Shown: one piece after another, positions 35,827 through 44,411 of the stretch
Layout of the letters: every line of letters starts with the position of its first letter
Position numbering within the stretch: position 1 is the first letter of the stretch
NCBI GenBank assembly: GCA_030017875.1
Contig: JASEGQ010000001.1
Span: 1 to 53,817 of the forward strand
Source of the DNA: Candidatus Aenigmatarchaeota archaeon
GTDB lineage: Archaea; Aenigmatarchaeota; Aenigmatarchaeia; CG10238-14; SCSR01
DNA: 53,817 bases
Direction of reading: 5' to 3'
Program-made: the position numbers and the translations under genes
The notes under the pieces: model-generated
Databases searched by the model: none
Told to the model about the DNA's origin: nothing
Seen by the model: the letters and a program-made list of their open reading frames with translations, nothing else

Positions 35827-35968
35827 CTTTTTTAAACTCAGAGAAGGAAAGATAGAAAGAACTAGGAGATATTGCCCTAGATGTGGCGACGGTTACGTTT
35901 TGGCTGAGCATAAGGACAGATGGTTTTGCGGCCATTGCTTGTATACCGAATGGAAGAAAACTAGATGA
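35798..35968 (+). CDS. rps27ae: Ribosomal protein S27ae (zinc ribbon)
   Basis: Hand translation of a 56-aa ORF below the track cutoff gives VKHKPVKQSSFFKLREGKIERTRRYCPRCGDGYVLAEHKDRWFCGHCLYTEWKKTR. GTG start, overlapping the rps24e end. Confidence 0.8.
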   Translation: MKHKPVKQSSFFKLREGKIERTRRYCPRCGDGYVLAEHKDRWFCGHCLYTEWKKTR

Positions 35969-35969
35969 T

Positions 35970-36647
35970 TTATTGAAAACCCAAAGTTTCGAAAAATCTT
36001 TGAACCTCTGGTCCACTTGTGCTTTTGCCTACTAAGCAGCCGTTACTGTTTGCTATTGAACAACTTCCGACAAATGGAGAACCAAAGTTTGCAGTTCCGA
36101 CATCAGCATTTACTTTTAACAGCTCTTGAATAATTTCAATTTCCTCTTCTCTTGCATCTCGATGAAGCAAGCAGCCTTTGTTTGTTGTTATGCCGCAGGA
36201 GCCGACAATACTCATTCCTGCAATCTTTGAGTATCCGCTCTCAACTCCCAAGCAATCTTCTATTTTTTCCTTATCTTTTTTTGACAGCAACCTGCTTATT
36301 ATCGCTCCTTTGTCGTTGCAAAGAACTAAATTCCCAATCGCAGTAAACCTTGAGTTCAAAACATCTAAATTTATGCCAAACTCCTTTTTAATTTTTTTTA
36401 ATTCCTCAATCTCTTTCTCAGTAACAATTTTTGGCAATAAAATTCCGTTAGAATTAAAGCAGCAAAACATACCAACAAAGTCTGTATTAGCGATAGTTAG
36501 TTTTATTACTCTAACTTTCAAAACGTTTTCAACTTGAGTCTTATTTTTTTCCGAGACAAAGTTTCCTAAAATGCAGAATCTATCACAGGCCTCTCCGAAC
36601 AAGCCTAGATTATGGTCTCCATGAAAATTTGTTTGAAGGACTTTCAT
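35970..36647 (-). CDS. eif6: Translation initiation factor 6
   Basis: 225 aa with the pentein repeat pattern: FHGDHNLGLFG..., TAIGNLVLCND, SIVGSCGITTNKG, PFVGSCSIANSNG. Confidence 0.9.
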   Translation of the reverse strand: MKVLQTNFHGDHNLGLFGEACDRFCILGNFVSEKNKTQVENVLKVRVIKLTIANTDFVGMFCCFNSNGILLPKIVTEKEIEELKKIKKEFGINLDVLNSRFTAIGNLVLCNDKGAIISRLLSKKDKEKIEDCLGVESGYSKIAGMSIVGSCGITTNKGCLLHRDAREEEIEIIQELLKVNADVGTANFGSPFVGSCSIANSNGCLVGKSTSGPEVQRFFETLGFQ

Positions 36648-36887
36648 TCAAATCAATTCTGCCCTTGAGGTTTTTTCGTCAATTTTGACAATTTTGATTC
36701 TCAACTTTGCAGGATTTTCTCCCTTTGACCAAATCCTTTTGTTTATCGAAGGATCAATTTTCACTTCAGTCTTCGCAATTCTTTTAAGTCTTTCCCTCAA
36801 AAATTTCAAAGCCAACTTACTTCTCCTCCATCTAGGAGCTTTCACAAGCTTTCCCCTCAAGTTGATCGTAACAACTCTTTCTTCCAT
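36648..36887 (-). CDS. rpl31e: Ribosomal protein L31e
   Basis: VVTINLRGKLVKAPRWRRSKLALKFLRERL...RIWSKG. Confidence 0.88.
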   Translation of the reverse strand: MEERVVTINLRGKLVKAPRWRRSKLALKFLRERLKRIAKTEVKIDPSINKRIWSKGENPAKLRIKIVKIDEKTSRAELI

Positions 36888-37054
36888 TATATCCTCAGCC
36901 TAGTTCTTCTCCATCTTTTAATTTTGTCAACACTTATTCTTCTAGTCCTAGCTCTTTTAAGTCCAAGCTTTCTTATGTCAGCCCATCTAGGAGCCATCTT
37001 AACTTTCCCTATTCTCGCAAGCTTTATCTTTTTAGCCAAACTTTTCTTTGACAT
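36887..37054 (-). CDS. rpl39e: Ribosomal protein L39e
   Basis: Hand translation of a 55-aa ORF gives MSKKSLAKKIKLARIGKVKMAPRWADIRKLGLKRARTRRISVDKIKRWRRTRLRI. The stop overlaps the rpl31e ATG (TAATG). The L39e-L31e-aIF6 order is conserved in archaea. Confidence 0.75.
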   Translation of the reverse strand: MSKKSLAKKIKLARIGKVKMAPRWADIRKLGLKRARTRRISVDKIKRWRRTRLRI

Positions 37055-37058
37055 TTTC

Positions 37059-37820
37059 TCACCTTATCAGACTTCTAATCTCCTTGCTCTTTTCGATTGC
37101 AACATCAATCATCTTTTCTATATCTTCTAAACTTAATTCTTTGTTCCCCTGTTTCTGTAAAGCACAAACTCTGTCATCATCTCTCACACAAACGCTCAGC
37201 TTTGCACCAAGAATTTTTTCTTCTTCAAAGCTAGGATCTACAAGCAAGCTGTTTCCAGCCTTGCAAACTGTTATGTTAATAGGCTTGAATACAACTGGCA
37301 AATTTCTTTCAAATTCTCCTCTCAAAATTTTATCATCTTCCAATTTTGGAATTTTCGTGTTTAACAAAGCTACTAAGCTAGCTAAAGCAGAAGCGTCCAA
37401 TAAGTTGCCTTGATGGTTTATTATATGGATATCAACAAAAACACTCCATACTTTTTCTGCGGGAGCAATGCAGAGCTTTTCTAACTCTATGCAGTTGGAT
37501 TCCCTTATTCCTCTGTCAACAATCCTTGCTAGCTCTACGGCATCCTCTCCTGGAGGTCCAGACTCAAAATCAGGAGAAGCCAATGGAGTGAACTCGGCAT
37601 TAACAATCAACATTCCCTCTTCTGGGCTATCTGGAAACGGCTTTCCGAAATCCAATTTTACCCCAGCGGTTACTTCTGTCTCTCCAATTCTAACACTAGC
37701 AGAACCTTCAGCTTTTTTAATTATCCCTTCTTTTATCTCTACTTTTCTAAACTCATCAAATCTTCTCTTGTCGACTCTCTTTCCTTTTTCGATCAGCTCT
37801 AAAGTATAAAGCTCTTCCAT
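37059..37820 (-). CDS. rrp42: Exosome complex component Rrp42
   Basis: RNase PH-like fold (GKRVDKRRFDEFRKVEI...AEGSASVRIGETEV), located downstream of rrp41. Confidence 0.85.
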   Translation of the reverse strand: MEELYTLELIEKGKRVDKRRFDEFRKVEIKEGIIKKAEGSASVRIGETEVTAGVKLDFGKPFPDSPEEGMLIVNAEFTPLASPDFESGPPGEDAVELARIVDRGIRESNCIELEKLCIAPAEKVWSVFVDIHIINHQGNLLDASALASLVALLNTKIPKLEDDKILRGEFERNLPVVFKPINITVCKAGNSLLVDPSFEEEKILGAKLSVCVRDDDRVCALQKQGNKELSLEDIEKMIDVAIEKSKEIRSLIR

Positions 37821-38546
37821 TCACTCAACCCTCTTATACTTTTCTTTCAGCACCTTCTTTTGCGTCTCATACACTTTCTCGCAAGAATCTTTAGCCAGTT
37901 TCAAAAGCTTGTTCAACTCTTCCTTTGTCAAAATACCATCCATCTGTAACAAAGTGATCTTTTTCTTGCTAGGGAGCATGGCAAAGGCTAAGTCAGCTTC
38001 AGAGTTGTTATCTTCGTCAGCGGTCAAATCAACTACTAGCGTACCACTAATTTTTCCTACAGAACATGCAGCTACCAAGTCACGCATAGGAATTCCTGCA
38101 TCTGCTAAAGCTAAGCTAGCAGCGTTTATTCCCGCAACTCGAGTAGAACCATCTGCCTGCAAGATCTCAACGTAAACATCTATTGTCGCTCTAGGAAAAT
38201 CCTCCAAGAATAGCGTCGGCTCTAAAGCAAGTCTGATGACTTTTGATAGTTCAACACTTCTTCTATCAGGGCCAGGAGATTTTCTCTCATCAACAGAGAA
38301 AGGTGCCATGTTGTACCTGCATCTAAGCAAGCAAGTCTCAGACTCCTGCAAATGCCTTGGAAACAAAGCCCTTGGACCATGAACAGAAGCGATCGCTATT
38401 GTGTTACCAAATTTCATTAATGCAGAACCATTTGCTCTTGTTACGACACCAGTTTTCATCTCTATTGTTCTTAATTGCTCTGGCAACCTCCCGTCTAGTC
38501 TTTTGCCGTCAACAATCAATTTTTCTCTTGTCTTCACTTTACCCAC
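37821..38546 (-). CDS. rrp41: Exosome complex exonuclease Rrp41
   Basis: DGKRLDGRLPEQLRTIEMKTGVVTRANGSALMKFGNT...VHGP and the phosphate-binding region. Confidence 0.9.
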   Translation of the reverse strand: MGKVKTREKLIVDGKRLDGRLPEQLRTIEMKTGVVTRANGSALMKFGNTIAIASVHGPRALFPRHLQESETCLLRCRYNMAPFSVDERKSPGPDRRSVELSKVIRLALEPTLFLEDFPRATIDVYVEILQADGSTRVAGINAASLALADAGIPMRDLVAACSVGKISGTLVVDLTADEDNNSEADLAFAMLPSKKKITLLQMDGILTKEELNKLLKLAKDSCEKVYETQKKVLKEKYKRVE

Positions 38547-39195
38547 CCAGCATCTTCTCTATCTTTTCTGTCAGGCCAATTACATGGGACTCGTTCTCTA
38601 TTGTTAGGATTGCTTCAATAGCCTTATCCTTTCTTTCTCCTCTTATCCAGATAACTCCATTTTGCCCGATAACAATATCACAGCCTGTTTTGTTTTTTAT
38701 TAGGTTTATCATGCTTCCTCCCTTTCCGATTATCCTCGGCACCTTGCTCGGAGTTACTTTTATTATTATCCCGTCTCGCATCTTTCTCGATCCGAGGTCG
38801 CGCATAGAGACTTGAACAATCTTGCTCTTTGTCACTCTTGAAATTCTGCAAAAAATGACGTCATTTACATCAAAAAACCTGCTTAAGTCTGTTCTAGTCA
38901 CATCAACAAAAAAATCAACGCCCTCTGACAAAGGCAAGAAGGCTGTATAAGGAGAGTTTATGTCGACACTCCAGCCAGAGATCTCAACCTGAGTTACTAT
39001 TCCTATAACTCTATCACCAACAGAGGGAATGTAAACTCCAGATAAAGGTATTACAGAGACCTCATCTTCATCTATTCTAGGTATACCCAAGACCTTGGCA
39101 AAAACTCTATCGTTTTCAGCATAAACTCCTTTACCGATTTTTCTTCCTTTTCTCTCTATTAGTTCTCCTGGAAGAACAACCTCTCTTGTCTCCAT
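38539..39195 (-). CDS. rrp4: Exosome RNA-binding subunit Rrp4 (S1 + KH)
   Basis: S1 domain GDRVIGIVTQVEISGWSVDI and KH GxxG in RIIGKGGSMINLI. Confidence 0.85.
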   Translation of the reverse strand: METREVVLPGELIERKGRKIGKGVYAENDRVFAKVLGIPRIDEDEVSVIPLSGVYIPSVGDRVIGIVTQVEISGWSVDINSPYTAFLPLSEGVDFFVDVTRTDLSRFFDVNDVIFCRISRVTKSKIVQVSMRDLGSRKMRDGIIIKVTPSKVPRIIGKGGSMINLIKNKTGCDIVIGQNGVIWIRGERKDKAIEAILTIENESHVIGLTEKIEKMLGG

Positions 39196-39905
39196 CAGAT
39201 ATCCTCCCTCTTAATTATCTTTGACTCGAATTGACCATGGGTTAGCGAGGAAATTTTTTGAAACAACTCGTCTTGTATGCCAGCTAGTATCTCTAAACTC
39301 ACCTGCAAGCTGCCATCGCTTAGCCATTGCTCACTTTTAATCGTCCCTGAACTCTTTAAGATCGAATAGATCCTTCCTGAGTACTGCGGCAATACCTTTA
39401 TCTGTAAAATTACCTTTTGAAATTTAATTGGTATCAAAGCTTTTATTTCTTTAAGAACCTTCTCGATCTGCAGTTCAGCATCTATAAAAGGATCTACATT
39501 CACCCCGGCTTTTTCCATAGCATTCAATATCCTTTGAGGAGGATGTGGGGTGTTTGTTTGTGGATTTATCCCCTTCTTTGCGATGATGTTTGCTATCTGA
39601 TTTTTCTTTTGCTCAACCATTTGCCTCCTCTGCTCAGTTGTCAGCTGTAGCTCGCCTTCTCTCACGATTTTTTCAGCAATTTTGATGATATCGGTTGTGC
39701 CAAAGACTTTTTGCAACTCTTGCTCTGGAACGCACTCTGTGCTCCTGACATCGCGGTAAACTGCAGGATAGGCCAAAATCTCTTCAATGCTAATTTTCGC
39801 TCCTTTCTTAAACTCTAATGCTTTATAAGGGTCTACCAAAATTTCATACTTTTTTCCAAAAACATGCAGTCTAGAAGTAACAGCTTTCTCCAAGCTCACA
39901 ACCAA
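39195..39905 (-). CDS. sdo1: SBDS-family ribosome maturation protein
   Basis: RLHVFGKKYEILVDPYKALEFKKG... has an SBDS N-domain pattern, and the position between psmA and rrp4 is conserved. TTG start. Confidence 0.85.
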   Translation of the reverse strand: MVVSLEKAVTSRLHVFGKKYEILVDPYKALEFKKGAKISIEEILAYPAVYRDVRSTECVPEQELQKVFGTTDIIKIAEKIVREGELQLTTEQRRQMVEQKKNQIANIIAKKGINPQTNTPHPPQRILNAMEKAGVNVDPFIDAELQIEKVLKEIKALIPIKFQKVILQIKVLPQYSGRIYSILKSSGTIKSEQWLSDGSLQVSLEILAGIQDELFQKISSLTHGQFESKIIKREDI

Positions 39906-39909
39906 GCAA

Positions 39910-40596
39910 TCACTTCAAAATCTTTTTAATTTCCTCTGCGCTAAGTTTTCTGAACTTCTTCTCCTCTTTCCTTATTATCGCTATGTCTACTGCACTCTCC
40001 TTTCTCTCTTTCTCTGTTTTTGTGATCACGTCGTAAGCAAGCTCTATTGCTTCCTTCTCGCTCATCCCTACCTTCCACTTCTGCTTTAATATCTTGTTTG
40101 CTATCACCCCTCCTCTTCCTATGGCATAAGCGTTCCATTCGTAGAGCATTCCAGAAGGATCAGACTCGATAAGATGCAAGCCTGTTTTGTCGACTCCTCC
40201 TATCAAGAGGGAAACTCCAAAAGGCCTTAGGCCAGCATACAGAGTCGAGATCTGCATCCTGTCTCCTATAACCCTGGCCAAGCTCCAGATGTCTATCGCC
40301 TCTTCATAGGTTATCTTGTGGACCTGAGCTCTGACTCTTGCTTGATTCACTAATACGCGAGCGTCAGCTAGCAAACCGGAGGCAACTGCTCCTACATGAT
40401 CATCGATCTGGAATATTTTTTCTACTGTCTCAGATACCATTAGGCTTGCTGTTGGTTTTATCGTTGCTAGTAAAACCCCATCTTTGAAAGTTATTCCTAA
40501 GCATGTTGTCCCTCTTTTGACTGCTTCTTTTGCGTACTCTACCTGGAAAAGTCTACCATCTGGAGAAAAAACTGCTATTGTTCGGTCGTACCCCAT
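39910..40596 (-). CDS. psmA: Proteasome alpha subunit
   Basis: MGYDRTIAVFSPDGRLFQVEYAKEAV is the canonical alpha-subunit N-terminus. Confidence 0.92.
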   Translation of the reverse strand: MGYDRTIAVFSPDGRLFQVEYAKEAVKRGTTCLGITFKDGVLLATIKPTASLMVSETVEKIFQIDDHVGAVASGLLADARVLVNQARVRAQVHKITYEEAIDIWSLARVIGDRMQISTLYAGLRPFGVSLLIGGVDKTGLHLIESDPSGMLYEWNAYAIGRGGVIANKILKQKWKVGMSEKEAIELAYDVITKTEKERKESAVDIAIIRKEEKKFRKLSAEEIKKILK

Positions 40597-40603
40597 ATTT
40601 CCG

Positions 40604-40633
40604 AGAGAGGAAGGATTATCATCTTACCTCTCT
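40604..40633 (-). repeat. 7-bp inverted repeat (hairpin) in the psmA 5' leader / downstream of the LAGLIDADG gene
   Basis: AGAGAGG at 40604-40610 and CCTCTCT at 40627-40633 are exact reverse complements separated by 16 nt. The stem ends 7 nt upstream of the psmA ATG. Confidence 0.3.
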
Positions 40634-40740
40634 ATTCAGGTAAAATTTGTGGGGACACGATATCACCAATTACTTCTCCTCATTTTTATTTTCACCTCAT
40701 AATTCCTTGAAATAACTTTGATTTTATATTATTTTAAATA

Positions 40741-41511
40741 TTAGTCTTTATATCTTTGGATGAAGCCGGGGAACAATTGATCAAATCTTTTCGATTCCTC
40801 CAAACACCCTATTAACTGTTTTCGCTTGGTAAGATTGGTAAAAGAGATGACAGATAGGAACTTTTTAAGATTTTTCAAATTTGATATAGTAAAACCAAGA
40901 TTTATACCGTTTACAGTCTTGCCCATTTCTACAACTTTCGATGGTCTGATACCTAGTTCTAAAAGCATCTTTCTAACATCTTCTAAGAACCTAACATGGT
41001 TATTGATAAACTTAGCACATTTACTCATATTGATTCCAATCATTCTTTGCGTACTACTTGATGGACGAATAAATTTTATTTTGATCCAACCTTCATCATC
41101 AAATACTGCTCTTATAAAAGCGATTTTTATTTCTTTCGATCCGTTCATCACCCATTCTGGAACTCTAAATGGCAAGAATACTTTTTCTCCGAGTGGTCCA
41201 CCAGCTAATGAAATTAACCTAGCTATATTGGTAGGAAACTCTATTTCCCATCCACCACTTTTTTTGAACTCTTTTGGTATTATGTTAGTAGAAAATGCTG
41301 CATTTACATTCGCCGTGACTTCGTCTACCAACTCTCTAGATTGGTTAAAGAAACTAAATTGCCTTTCAGTTAGGCTTCCGTCCCCAATGCAGTGGCCTAT
41401 TACAGATGCCAACTCAGGGGAAGCAACTATAGGAAATTTAATCTTTATTCTCCTTTTTCTATTTCTTGTTTTCAGTTCTATTATATGCTTCTCTATTTTA
41501 TTCAAGGTCAC
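40741..41511 (-). CDS. Free-standing double-motif LAGLIDADG protein
   Basis: LASVIGHCIGDGSL and FIRAVFDDEGWI are two LAGLIDADG motifs with acidic residues retained. GTG start at 41511 overlaps the upstream HTH ORF by 14 nt. Confidence 0.8.
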   Translation of the reverse strand: MTLNKIEKHIIELKTRNRKRRIKIKFPIVASPELASVIGHCIGDGSLTERQFSFFNQSRELVDEVTANVNAAFSTNIIPKEFKKSGGWEIEFPTNIARLISLAGGPLGEKVFLPFRVPEWVMNGSKEIKIAFIRAVFDDEGWIKIKFIRPSSSTQRMIGINMSKCAKFINNHVRFLEDVRKMLLELGIRPSKVVEMGKTVNGINLGFTISNLKNLKKFLSVISFTNLTKRKQLIGCLEESKRFDQLFPGFIQRYKD

Positions 41512-41737
41512 AGAGCTTATCTCTGAATTTCCTTAAATGAAAAATTTTTGTAAACGATTTACCTTTCTTCAGATTCAAAATAGTGTTAGTATTACATTTT
41601 AAAATCTTAGCTAACTCTGTATTTCTGCCAATTTTCTCTGTAGCAATTCTGGATAATTCTTTTCTAAATTCGTCTTCTAAACCAACCCTGAAATTATCAG
41701 CCAAATCTTCTAGCCCAATCACTTTCATTCCCATCAC
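41498..41737 (-). CDS. Small HTH protein, probably the detached N-terminal domain of the LAGLIDADG protein
   Basis: ELAKILKCNTNTILNLKKGKS parallels IGKALNLNPNTVENWIHKG in the fused paralog at 20858..21892. A +1 shift at 41498-41511 would fuse it to the LAGLIDADG ORF. Confidence 0.5.
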   Translation of the reverse strand: MMGMKVIGLEDLADNFRVGLEDEFRKELSRIATEKIGRNTELAKILKCNTNTILNLKKGKSFTKIFHLRKFRDKLCDLE

Positions 41738-41753
41738 TTATCCTACGGAAGAA

Positions 41754-41765
41754 TTATATAAATAG
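41754..41765 (-). promoter_or_regulatory. TATA-box candidate (CTATTTATATAA on minus strand)
   Basis: An AT-rich box about 20-25 nt upstream of ATG 41737, suggesting a leaderless or near-leaderless transcript. Confidence 0.35.
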
Positions 41766-41780
41766 TTTATTTACCACTTG

Positions 41781-41818
41781 TGGGAGTGCACTTCCGATGG
41801 TTCCGATGAAACATTCAT
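41781..41818. promoter_or_regulatory. Operator-like motif shared with 21949..21976 (TTCCGATG unit duplicated here)
   Basis: The plus strand reads TGGGAGTGCACTTCCGATGGTTCCGATGAAACATTCAT. It holds the same position relative to the TATA candidate as the other copy. Confidence 0.45.
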
Positions 41819-42243
41819 CCCTATTGTAATTGCTCAATAGTCTAGTCTTTTACGCTCTTCTTTAGATATGTAGCCCTTCTTCAGTGCCCAACAAGGAAAA
41901 ATTATGAATCCTATGAAGTACTCCTTTTCCTAACAGTTTCGCCGCCTCTCTGTATTTTTTTCCCAAATACATGTAATATGCCATACCAATCGCGATGCTC
42001 CTGCTCCTCCCAGATTCGCAACAAACCAGTATATTCCTCGGCTATGTGTTTTTTGATGAATTCTATGGAATAGTCGAAAACCCAATCAGACTGTCTCCAT
42101 GTAAACAGTTAATTACAGCTGCGGATGTGGAGTATGGGTGGTGTTCGGATAACATAGGTCTTCGAGACACCCGATTATAATTTTGTTTTTAGGAGATTTT
42201 CTTGGCATAGAATAACTATTGGAAGTAGGCTTTAAAAATTTAG

Positions 42244-42591
42244 CTACAATTTTAATCCTTTTATTGTTCCTGAAACCTTTAATATTTTGAATATGACTCT
42301 CGTATCGCCTAAGCGTGAAATCAAGCCTAAGCAAGAGATTACTTGCGAAACAGATTTGTTATTACACCTAACCACACCAATCTGTCTTTCAATATCATAA
42401 AGGCTTTTAATCACATACATACTCATTTTACTAACTCCATGCTCACCAAAAAAGTCAAGTGCAACGTTCCATATTGCTTGTTCGATGTCCTCGTATACTA
42501 CAGGCTCTTCTGAAATTATCTTGAAAGCGATGTACCTTTCTCTTTCTCTAAGAGTAGGCAATAGAAATTTCAATTGATTTTTTCCCCTCAT
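42244..42591 (-). CDS. rnp2: RNase P protein component 2 (Pop5)
   Basis: LRERERYIAFKIISEEP...IGVVRCNNKS is a Pop5 pattern, adjacent to Rpp30. Confidence 0.8.
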   Translation of the reverse strand: MRGKNQLKFLLPTLRERERYIAFKIISEEPVVYEDIEQAIWNVALDFFGEHGVSKMSMYVIKSLYDIERQIGVVRCNNKSVSQVISCLGLISRLGDTRVIFKILKVSGTIKGLKL

Positions 42592-42640
42592 CTAACCACT
42601 CAAAATTTTTATAGTTTGTTCATTCTTTTGATGAGTTTGA

Positions 42641-43357
42641 TCATTCTATCACTTTTACCCCAGGTATTATAAAATTTTCACTCCTCCTCTCTTTTATTTT
42701 TTTTACTATACTCTCAGGAGTTTTCGATATAGCTTCTTTTGCTTCTTTTAATTCTAAGCCCAATTGATTAGCAAATGATATTAAAACTTTCGGATCTCTT
42801 AACTCATAGTGAGATATCCCCCCTGAGCAGATTATTATTGTTGCATGATATTTTTTTGCAAGTTTTACATTGCGAGACATGTTCTTTAAAATCATACTTC
42901 TCGTCTTTTTGTTCGAAATCAGAATCTCTCTAAAATTAACTTCTATTGCAACGTTATTCTTTGCAGCAAACTTTACAGAGACATGATCTAATCCAGAATC
43001 TAATCTTTCAAACTCGGGATGGGTCAGAATATCAACTTCTGGAGTTTCACAAGCTTCTCTATTTAGCTTTAAATCCCCTCCCCTCGCAAGCAAAACGTCA
43101 AACTCCCCCCTCCTCTTTGCTAAAAATTTTAGTTCTTTAATATTTCTTGCCTCAAAACCGAGTAAGATCTCTATCCCAGCCTCCTTTTTCACTCTTTCGA
43201 TTTCAGCCTTAAGTATGCTCTCTTCTCTTTTGCTTATAGGATAAGCAGTGAAACAAATTCCTCTGTAGCCTAACTGCTTTGCCATGGATGCTAATTGCTC
43301 TAGACTTGACTCTCCGCCTGAAAAACTCGAATGAACGTGCATGTCAAAGGCTTGCAT
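42641..43357 (-). CDS. rnp3: RNase P protein component 3 (Rpp30, PHP/TIM-barrel)
   Basis: FDMHVHSSFSGGES N-terminus, about 238 aa, conserved position upstream of Pop5. Confidence 0.8.
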   Translation of the reverse strand: MQAFDMHVHSSFSGGESSLEQLASMAKQLGYRGICFTAYPISKREESILKAEIERVKKEAGIEILLGFEARNIKELKFLAKRRGEFDVLLARGGDLKLNREACETPEVDILTHPEFERLDSGLDHVSVKFAAKNNVAIEVNFREILISNKKTRSMILKNMSRNVKLAKKYHATIIICSGGISHYELRDPKVLISFANQLGLELKEAKEAISKTPESIVKKIKERRSENFIIPGVKVIE

Positions 43358-43452
43358 TTTTGTCCTCTAAATTTTTAATATCCAAATCATAAAAAGTTTA
43401 TAATTAAAATTGTATTGCCGCTATTTTTAATAAAGTGCAGAAGCATAAAGGG

Positions 43453-43977
43453 CTATCTTAATCCTCTGCTCTTTTTAGCAGAACTCGTTAATCCTCTTAA
43501 TACGCGTTTTCTATGCTGCGGTTGACATATCCAGTTAATTTTTGGATCGTTAATGATATTAGGGTGGTGTGGGTCTACTAGCAAAACTTCAAAATAGTGG
43601 TGAGTACCGTTTTCAGCAACAGGATAAGAAGCGAGCACCTCTAAGTTCTTAAACTTCCTCGCAGCTTTTATTTCGGCTATGGTTTGTTTTGAAAGTTTAG
43701 AAGTGAAGTGAACCAAGCCAGCTTTGCTCGGCTTTCTCCCTTTTCTTCCCCTCAATTTTCTTCTTCTACCACCTTTTCTTATTTTCACCCTCGCCAATAC
43801 AAAACCTTGCTTTGCCTTGTATCCCAATGCTCTTGCTCTGTCTAAGCGAGTTGGTTTCTCTATCCTCTCTACAGTGTGCTGCTTTCTCCACTCTATAAGC
43901 CTTTTTTTCAGAATCTCATCTAATTCTTCTGACTTTCTCCAGGTCTCTCTTATATATTGATAAGCTCCCTTTACCAC
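43453..43977 (-). CDS. rpl15e: Ribosomal protein L15e
   Basis: [12 protein letters not shown]...[33 protein letters not shown] start. Confidence 0.9.
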   Translation of the reverse strand: MVKGAYQYIRETWRKSEELDEILKKRLIEWRKQHTVERIEKPTRLDRARALGYKAKQGFVLARVKIRKGGRRRKLRGRKGRKPSKAGLVHFTSKLSKQTIAEIKAARKFKNLEVLASYPVAENGTHHYFEVLLVDPHHPNIINDPKINWICQPQHRKRVLRGLTSSAKKSRGLR

Positions 43978-44038
43978 AAAACCACTTTATACTTAAAGTT
44001 TAAATATTCTTCTTTACTTAAAATCTTTAGGTGATGAA

Positions 44039-44272
44039 TTGCATCCGATAGTGAAAATAATCATAGGAGCTGCGTTGATGGTAGGGAGTGCATGGACGAT
44101 ATACAAGTACACTCTGATGGAGTTCTGGATTATTCTGCAAGGTATAATTCCTCCTCTAGTGTTCATTCTCGGCTTGTTCATAGTCTGGTTAGAGCTGGAT
44201 GAGCTGAGAATAGAGAGGGAGTTAAGAGCAGAAGAGAGAAAAGTAGCTAAAGCAAAGAGAAGGAGAAGGTAG
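44039..44272 (+). CDS. Hypothetical small membrane protein
   Basis: Two predicted TM helices followed by the basic tail RAEERKVAKAKRRRR. TTG start follows AGGTGA. Confidence 0.4.
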   Translation: MHPIVKIIIGAALMVGSAWTIYKYTLMEFWIILQGIIPPLVFILGLFIVWLELDELRIERELRAEERKVAKAKRRRR

Positions 44273-44411
44273 AACTTTTTAAACTTATTTTAACTTTTTA
44301 TTAATTGTAATAGCGTAACTTTTTTACAACTCTCGTACTAAACACCAAAGAAATGATCTGATCAAGAAAAGATAAATAAAATAATAATAAATGGTTCGAC
44401 CTGGTGTTTAG

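Noticed and set aside
39941-40138. 65-aa same-strand ORF inside psmA in another frame (Arg/Glu-rich)
   Set aside because: It is embedded in the well-conserved proteasome alpha coding frame and is a low-complexity translation.
41498-41511. Programmed +1 frameshift joining the 79-aa HTH ORF to the LAGLIDADG ORF
   Set aside because: No slippery or shifty sequence is evident by eye. A simple mutation or two coupled genes (GTG start at 41511) explains the overlap equally well. It is mentioned in the findings but not claimed.
42050-42100. C/D-box sRNA candidate (TGATGA at about 42054 on the plus strand; CTGA on the minus strand at about 42090)
   Set aside because: The C-like and D-like boxes are on different strands or in the wrong order, and there are no terminal stem or C'/D' boxes.
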